Shown: positions 15,001 through 24,000 of the stretch, piece after piece
How the letters are laid out: each line of letters begins with the position of its first letter
How positions within the stretch are numbered: the stretch's first letter is position 1
Assembly: GCA_017608345.1 (NCBI GenBank)
Contig: JAFCGA010000004.1
Span: 57-64,056, forward strand
Length of the DNA stretch: 64,000 nucleotides
Reading direction: 5' to 3'
Origin: Candidatus Pacearchaeota archaeon
Lineage (GTDB): Archaea > Nanobdellota > Nanobdellia > UBA10117 > JAFCGA01
Translations under genes and position numbers: made by a program
The notes under the pieces: generated by a model
What the model saw: only the letters and a program-made list of their open reading frames with translations
Told to the model about the DNA's origin: nothing
Database searches by the model: none

Positions 15001-18000
15001 ATCTAAATAACATTCTAAATAAGAAAGAATGGTCAATCTCCCTATGGTTAAATACAATAGATGATAATGGGTTCTACTTAACTAATAGAGAATCAAACAA
15101 CAATGATGAAGTGAGATTTGCTAATGCATTTGCTTCTGCAAACATTACTATAACTTACGATGATGATACAGTGGGTGCAGTCAATGTTGTTTCATCAGTA
15201 AGTGGGAATGACAGCATCTGGCATCATGCAGTTGCTACTATTAATTCAACTACATTAAGCTTATACGTAGACGGTACATTATCTGACACGGGGGATGTTT
15301 CGGGCTCTGGAAATCTGAACCTAGATGACATAACCGTAATCGGTGCAAGAAAAGACACTGGAGGTTGGTACGCTGCAGGCCATAGTAGTTATCTTAATGG
15401 CTCAATAGATGAAGTCACCATTTGGAACCGCTCTTTATCAGCAACAGAAATCTCCGAAATCTACAACAAGTCCAGAGGAACTTTCAATACCTACTCTAAT
15501 GAAGATATCTCTTGCGCTGTCAATACTTCGTCTGACTCAGATGGGGATAATCTAACTTATATTTACAACTGGTATAAGGATTATGAGCCTTTGATGGTTG
15601 GTTACTGGTCGTTTGATACTCAATTTGATGCAACAGATAATTCAACTGCTGGCGTAACGGATTATTCTGGAAATAATAATGATGGTCGCTTGGGTAATTC
15701 AACTGCTGGGACTCAGCCGACTTGGAATGCTAATGGATATATTAGTGGGGCTTATGAGTTTGATGAGATAGATGATCATATTGTAACGGATAATGAAGCA
15801 AACTTTGATTTTGAGAGGACGGATCCATTCACTGTAGAGTGTTGGTTCAAGACGGATACAAGTGCAAGCAATGTTATTTTGGGAAAAATGGATGCAACTT
15901 CGCCTTTTCCCGGATATCAAGTCATAATCCGCAACGCGGATAATTGGCTTATGTTATACATAATCTCAGGAGCAGGTGGAGCAGGCGACAGAATTGTAGT
16001 CGAAGGAAACACAGTTGTAACTGACAATGCTTGGCATCATATGGTTGCCACATATGCTGGAAATGAGGACGCTTCTGGAGCTCTGATATATGTAGATGGA
16101 GCACTAGAAACAATGAACACAGTAACCAACGGCTTAACTGGTTCAATTTTGAATAATATACCTTTCCAAATTAGCGGAAAGGATGGGGCTGTTGATTTGT
16201 ATAAAGGTGCAATAGACGAAGTCCGTGTCTACAAATACACCCTATCCGCAGCTCAAGTCCAAGCGCTCTATCTCAACAAAACCAACACAATAGTCTCAGA
16301 AGAAACTTCTAAGGGAGAAAATTACACTTGCGAAGTCACGCCAAATGATGCTACAACCGACGGAACCTTACTAAACTCGTCTACGTTGATTATTTACAGC
16401 GCTGCACCTACTCATGCGAATCCAATCTTAAACGCTACTTCAATTAATAATTACACAACCGATAATTTGACTTGCTATAATCAATCGACAGCAGATATTG
16501 ATGGGGATTATCCAGTAAATGTATTCTCGTGGTACAAGAATGATGTTTTGAACGCTACAACTGTGTTCTTGAATGCTAGCACTGTGTTGTATATGCCTTT
16601 TGATGAAAATATTACTGGGAATTTACAGACAGTGAGAGATTATGCTTCTAATAATGATGGTGTCTTGGGTAATGTAACTGCTGGGACTGATCCGACTTGG
16701 AATGCTAGTGGGAAAGTTGGTGGAGCTTATACGTTCGACGGAGTTGATGATTATATCAATGTTGGAGATAATACTAACTTCGAATTTGCTGCGAATAGTG
16801 CTTTTGCATTATCTACTTGGATCAAAGCTAATTCAGCAGTAGTTCAAGAAAGCAGAATTATATCTAAGAGATATAATGTTGTTGGAGGAAATTCCCAATA
16901 TATGCTCAATGTCAATAGTACTGGTGCGATTAGATTCTGGTTATATGATGGTGCGGATAATTATGCAAAATATCCAAATGCAATAACTTTCGGTCAATGG
17001 CATCATGTCTTAGCACAAAGAAAGACCGATGGAACGATGGAAGTTTATGTTGATGGAGTAATTGGGAGCGTAACGGATTCTACAACTGCTACAGCGGGCG
17101 TAAACGACGGAAATCTTACGGTTGGCACTGATGAAAGGACTGCAAATCGTGAGTTCAACGGCTCAATAGACGAAGTACAAATATACAACAGAACTCTTTC
17201 AGCAGACGAGATCTCTCAATTATATCTCGGAGGCAGAGACGGTGGCAACATAAGAGATTCTTCTTCAACTGCAACGGGAGAAAATTATACTTGTGAAGTT
17301 CAGCCATTAGATTATGAAGATTGGGGAATTGCTAAGAATTCAACAAATCTAACTATTCAAAACACAGCTCCAGTAACAATCGATGCAAACGTATCTCCGT
17401 TCTCTCCGAATGCTAGTGTAGAGCTATTAGGTTACTGTAATTCATCCGATGAGGACAACGATACGATTAATTTCTACTATCAATGGTACCGCGATGGCGT
17501 CTTTAACTTAAGTGGATACAATGGCGGAGCTTTCACACAAGGTGTTGAGGTAAATGTGCATAATCTTTCAGCAGGAAACACTTCAAAAGGACAGAACTGG
17601 ACCTTTTCGTGCTTGGCTAACGATGGAGTTCTGAATGCTACCTCTTGGCAGAATGGTTCTGTGGTAATTCAGAGTACAGCTCCTACTCATGCTAATCCGA
17701 TCTTAAATGCAACTTCAATTAATAATTATACAACTGACAATTTGACTTGTTATAATCAAAGTACTGCAGATATAGATTCAGACTATGTTGTCAATAAGTA
17801 CAGTTGGTATAAAAATGATGTTTTGAACGCTACGACTGTCTTCTTGAATGCTAGCACTGTGTTGTATATGCCTTTTGAGCCGAACTTTACTGCTTCGGAT
17901 AATTCAACAGCAGGAGTTTTAGATTATGCTGGAAGTAATAATGGTCGCTTAGGTAATTCTACTGCTGGGACTCAGCCGAATTGGACTAGTGAAGGGAAAG

Positions 18001-21000
18001 TTGGGGGAGCTTATGAATTCGATGGTGTTGATGATTATATTAATTTAGATACTCATGTTAATAGTTTTGAAGGTTGGAATATTGGAGCAATTTCTGTTTG
18101 GTTTAAGGTAACTTCTGCATCTGCATGTTTATATTCCATTTCAAATAAAGCTGATACTAATGATATTATGGATTTTACTGTTGGCGTTTCAACTGGAAGT
18201 TATGGTGATGAAAGTATTCGTTTTTCTCATGTTCCAAATGGAGCAGAAACTCTTGGAATGTTTGTTAGAAATGGGCATACAGCATATACTGATGGAAATT
18301 GGCATCACGCAGTATTAACAATTGGTGGGGCAGGTAATGCAATCTATATAGATGGAGTTAGTCAAGCGATAACTTATAGAGCGGGTAATGCTGGAACAAA
18401 TGAGTTTTCTGATTTGTTTGCTGCTGACACAGTAGGCATTGGGCGTTACGCAGCAGGAGGGGTTACAAATTTTGAGATTAATGGCACAATAGATGAAGTC
18501 CAAATCTACAACCGCGCATTATCAGCAGCAGAAGTCCACCAGCTCTACCTCGGAGGAAGAGACGGTGGCAACATAAGAAATTCCTCATCAACAGCTAAAG
18601 ATGAGAGCTACATTTGTGAAGTTCAGCCATTAGATTATGAAGACCAAGGACTAGCGAAGAATTCAACTGCATTGACGGTTCTAAATACTGTGCCTACTCA
18701 GACTCAGCCGATCTTAAATGCTACTTCGGTAAATAATTATACAACTGATAATTTGACTTGTTACAACCAATCAACAGCTGATGATGATTTAGATGCGGTG
18801 ACTAATATTTATAATTGGTATAAGAATGATGCTCCGATTATGATGCTAAATATGCCTTTTGATCATGATGATTCTGGTGGAGTTAACACAACTAAAGATT
18901 ATTCAGGAAGAAACAATCATGGACAGTTAGGAACCTCAGCAGATTCAGATTCTGCTGAACCTACGTGGGATACATCTGGGAAAGTTGGAGGAACTTACAA
19001 TTTCGACGGGAGTAATGACTATATACGAATCAGCGACAGCTCTTCACTAGATCAAACAAGCGCATTTAGTATAGAAACTTGGGTAGACATAAATGGAACT
19101 GCTAAGGATAATACTATAAAATCAATAGCTAGCAAAGGAAATCTCGACAAGGAAGCTGCAGGTTATAATTTATACTGGAATGATGTATATAGTGAGAACT
19201 TCTTGAATTTCTCATGTAATGGATGGACAGCAGCACAGCCACCTACAACTTCCTACATGAAGAATTGCACGAACTTTTGGAAAGGATATGCGGAGGATAC
19301 TTACTCTGCAGTTGATAATTGTAATACTTGTACACTAAATAATAACCCGGAAGGCGCCACAGACGGTGCGTACATTGCAACAACTAATGCCGACTTGGGA
19401 CCAGTATGGATCTACAAGTCCTTCCCAACTACTCCTGGCGAAAATTTCACAGTTGATATTCGTTATAGAATAACTAAAAAAACTACTGGCGGAGGTCCGA
19501 TGAATGGCGGACTATATGTTTGGGAAGGAACAGTAGTTCCTTGTAGCGGTAATAGGCAGACTGGATCTTGTGAAGATCCGAATGGAAACACAACAGATGC
19601 AATAGCATCAGATCATACTACTTGCGATCTCGCAGGATGGTGTGCTTGGCAGGATTACACCACCACGAATATTACAAACGCGTCAACGTTTACAGTTGGG
19701 ATGTATACTTGGGATTCCTGGAACATTTGGGCAGTTTACTTAGATGTAGACTATGTAAACGTCTCAACGCTTAGTAAACGTGTGAGTTTCATGCTCGGTG
19801 ACGCAAGTAATAATATGAGCACAATATTTGCATCTAACGTGTCCGACGGTTGGAGACATATTGTTGGTACGTATGATGGCGGAACTCAGAGCTTATATGT
19901 TGATGGTGTGTTAAACACAAGCACGAGTTTTACCAATCTAATTGGTACAAATAACTTAGATTTAATCATCGGTTCCGAGCCGAATAATAATATATATCAT
20001 TATGAGGGTAAGATAGATGAAGTTCGTATATATAATCGTTCTCTATCTGCTGCTCAAGTCTATCAACGTTACTTAGAAGGCAACAACTCAATCTCAACTT
20101 CAACAATCGTTTCCGACGATACTACTGCTGGCGAAGTCTGGAACTGCTCTGTAACACCAAATGACGGCGAAGCTGACGGAACAACTCTAACTTCATTAAA
20201 TCTAACTATTCAAAACACCGCTCCAGTAACAATCGATGCAAACGTATCTCCGTTCTCACCGAATGCTAGCGTTGAGCTATTAGGTTATTGTAACTCATCA
20301 GATGAAGATAATGATACGATTAACTTCTATTACAAATGGTTCCGAGATGGCGTCTTTAACTTGAGTGGCTACAACGGCGGAGCATTTACACAAAGAGTAG
20401 AGGTAAATGTTCATAATTTATCAGCTGGAAACACTTCAAAGGGTCAGAATTGGACCTTTTCTTGTCTAGCGAATGATGGAATTCTAAATGCTAGCTCTTG
20501 GCAAAATGGATCTGTGGTGATTCAGAGTACAGCTCCTACGCATTTGAACCCTATTTTGAACTCAACATCCGTTAATAATTACACAACGGATAATTTGACT
20601 TGCTATAATCAAAGTACTGCGGATATAGATTTCGATCATGTGGTTAATAAATACGCTTGGTACAAGAATGGTGTTTTGAACGCCACAACTGTGTTCTTGA
20701 ATGCTAGCACCGTGTTGTATATGCCTTTCGAGCCGAACTTTACAGCTTCGGATAATTCAACTGCTGGCGTTTTGGATTACGCTGGAACTAATAATGGTCG
20801 CTTGGGTAATTCAACTGCTGGGACTCAGCCGAATTGGACTTTAGATGGGAAAGTGGGTGGAGCTTATGTGTTTGATGGTATTAATGACCGTATTCAAATT
20901 GCTGATAGTGCATCTCTAGATGCAATTAAAGATATTACAGTTGAAGCGTGGATTAATAGTAATGATATTACTTTACAACAAACGATAGTTGGTTTTATTG

Positions 21001-24000
21001 ATAATGTCGTATCGAAAGGACCACAGTTAATGATTAGGGCGGATGGTGGAATAATATGGGCTGTACAGAATGGAGTAGGTGCCTATCGTAGATGTTATAC
21101 CGCAATAGGTTTACTCGAAGCTAATAAGTGGTATCATATCGCTGGAACTTTTGATGATACTTCAAAGGCTCGTGCAATATATATCAACGGAGAGTCAATA
21201 GCTTTTGAGGGCGATGATCTTAATTTGGGTGTGATGGCACACGGAGATATAAGGGCGATCGGCGCTAGTTCAGTTCCCAACCCCCTCTATAATTTCAATG
21301 GATCCATAGATGAAGTCCAGATCTACAACAGAACACTTTCAGCAACAGAAATCCACCAGCTATATCTCGGAGGAAGAGACGGTGGAAACATTAGAAACTC
21401 TTCCTCAACAGCTAAGGACGAGAACTACATCTGCGAAGTTCAGCCAATGGACTATGAAGATATGGGGACTGCGAAGAATTCAACTGCATTGACAGTTCTA
21501 AATACGGTGCCTACTCAGACAGCTCCGATTCTGAATGCAACTTCAATATACAATTACACAACGGATAATTTGACTTGTTATAATCAAAGTACGTCAGATG
21601 TAGATGGAGATAGTTTAACTAATATTTATAATTGGTACAAGAATGAACAGCCGCTCATGCGATTCAATCTGCCGTTTGATCACGATGACTCAGCAGGAGC
21701 TGGAAAAACAAAAGATTACTCCGGTTCTGGAAATGATGGTCAGCTAGGCGCAGCAGCAGATGGAGATGGGGCAGAGCCGATATTCAATTCTACCGGAGCA
21801 ATTGGAGGCGCTTACGAGTTTGATGGTACAAATGATTATATCGAACTTCCAGCTACAGCAAAAGTAACTGGTGAGTTTACAATCAGTGTTTGGTTCAAGT
21901 TAGATCAAGAAATAACCGACGAGCCATCAGCCCCGGCTTTGTTTGGAGGTGCTGCAATGCGGGGGCCAGCCGAAAAAGGTGGTGCCTCATTGGCTTTCCT
22001 TATGACTACTGGAAAACTTTATTTTGATACCTATAACACCACTACTCGGGCTGCCAGCATTTCTACAACAGCAGTTTGGGGAACAACAGATTGGTATCAT
22101 GTTGTTGCAACGAGAAATTCCACTACACAAGAATTGTGGATAAATGGAATTAGAGAAGATTCCGGCGATACGGTAAAAGGTAGTTTAAGTTGGGCAGCAG
22201 GTTGGGGAGCAGCCAAAATCGGATATGCAAGTTATATATACTTTAATGGAACCATTGATGAATTTAAAATATATGATCATTCTTTAACAGCAGAACAGAT
22301 AAAAACTCTTTTTTCAAATAAAACTGATATTATCGTCTCAGACGAAACAACAGCTGGAGAAAACTGGACCTGCGAAGTTACGCCAAATGATGCTACATCC
22401 GACGGAACAACGCTAAACAGCACTACAAACATAACAATAATAGCTGCTCCAATAACTTTATACTCAAATATTACGCCAGCAGCTCCAAATGTATCTGCAG
22501 ATCTAGAAGGATTCTGTAATGGAACCACCGCTACAAATGTAAACTATTATTACAGCTGGTATAAAGATGGTGTCTTAAATATAAGCGATTACGACGGCGG
22601 AGCTTACGCTTCAAACGCAGAAATAAACATACATAACTTAACAGCAGGAAACACCTCTTACAATGAGAACTGGACTTTCTCTTGCTTAGCAAATGATGGT
22701 GTAATTAACGCTACGTCATGGCAGAATTATTCAGTAATTATCTCAGACGTGACTGAGCCAGTTGTAACATTCAACGCTCCAATAGATGGAGAAAACGTCT
22801 CAGGTTCAATAATAATCAACGCGACTATCACAAACGGCGCTTCAGGAGTAAACGCATCCAGAGTCTATTATTGGCTAGAAAATGCTACAGGAAACCAAAC
22901 AAAATGGACTAGCATGAGCAACATTACAGTGGATCTATTCAACACTTCATTTAACATAAATTCAATAGCGGACGGTTATTACAACATAACTATAAACGCT
23001 TCAGACAATGCAGGAAATATTAACGCAAGTGAAAAAGTGCAGATACAAATAGACAACACTCAGCCATCAATTATAGTAACCGCGCCAATAAATAATTCCA
23101 TACTAACTTCAGCAATACTAAACATCACCGGAACAGCCTCAGATGCAAATCCAGACAACGTCACTGCAAATAATGCTATCTTCGGCCAGAACTTAAACAC
23201 ATACACGAATTGGAATTTCTCAAACATCTCAATGGATGACGGGATTTACACAGCAATAATCACTGCAAATGATACTCTCGGAAACTCAAATTCAACTAGC
23301 GTCACGTTTACAATAGATACAACTCCACCAGCAGTTAACATAACTAATCCTTCAGATGGCGATACTGTTAGCGAAGTAATAACTATAAACAGCACAATTA
23401 CAGACGCAACGAGCGGGGTAAACGCTTCAAGAGTTTACTATTGGCTATCGAATGAAACAGGAAACCAGACTGCTTGGACATCAATGACTAACACAAGTAG
23501 CGTATTTAGTGCAAGTTTCGATACTACAACGCTGGGAATCGGAGCATATAATATAACAATTAATGCTACAGATATAGCTAACTTAGAGAACTCAACAGAA
23601 TATATCCAAATAACTATCACTGCAGATAATATCGGACCGTCAGTAACCTTAGAATCGCCGACAGATAGAACTATAACTTCGACCAGGACAATAACGTTCC
23701 TATACAGCGTAAATGATGTAGGATCAGATATTAGCAACTGCTCGATATGGACTAATCTCAACGGTACTTGGCTATTAAATGCAACTAATTCTACGCCAAT
23801 AGTTGAATCAACTTCTGGGCAAGAATTCACGATTGATAGCTTGCCGTACACTACTTTCTTATGGAATATACAGTGCTATGATACCGCACCTACACCAAAT
23901 TCCAGATTCGCAACTAATAATTACACCTTGACTATTGCTCTGTCTAGCGCGGGAGGCGAAGACGGAGTAAATGTCGGTGCAGGCGGTAGCAGGACAATAG

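Larger units (their letters stand above)
1620..16330 (+). repeat. Tandem array of about 1.9-kb coding repeat units (about 7.5 units) inside the giant gene. The conserved scaffold segments are near-identical at nt level; the interleaved LamG segments are divergent
   Basis: Scaffold B (IDEVTIWNRSLSAAEISEIYNKSRGTFNTYSNEDISCAVNTSSDSDGDNLTYIYNWYKDD...DYSGSENHGQLG) recurs at about 2740, 4650, 7790, 9700, 11620, 13510 and 15410. Scaffold A (ALYLNKTNTIVSEET.VGENYTCEVTPNDATTDG...WQFEYDNGTHTMDETG) recurs at about 1660, 3540, 6700, 8630, 10540, 12450 and 14300. The period is about 1900 nt. A second unit type (IHQLYLGGRDGGNIR...STAPTH.NPILNATS...) occurs at 330-1180, 17200-18050 and 20050-20880. Confidence 0.8.

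Noticed and set aside
1620-16330. CRISPR array or DGR considered for the highly regular repeats with variable segments
   Set aside because: The repeats are about 1.9 kb, in-frame and coding (the LamG scaffold), not 25-40-nt repeat-spacer units. No reverse transcriptase or template repeat is present in the window, so a DGR cannot be supported from this sequence.
2025-23851. Short minus- and plus-strand ORFs inside the giant gene (2025..2273, 2425..2643, 6126..6326, 9976..10170, 11515..11757, 13115..13483, 13894..14109, 15520..16146, 18315..18503, 21310..21492, 22277..22528, 23438..23851)
   Set aside because: They are entirely antisense or out of frame within a strongly supported coding region. 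Their proteins are low-complexity and lack motifs. They are treated as spurious, unlike the 5007-5752 cassette, which has a specific RelE-fold match and operon-like coupling.
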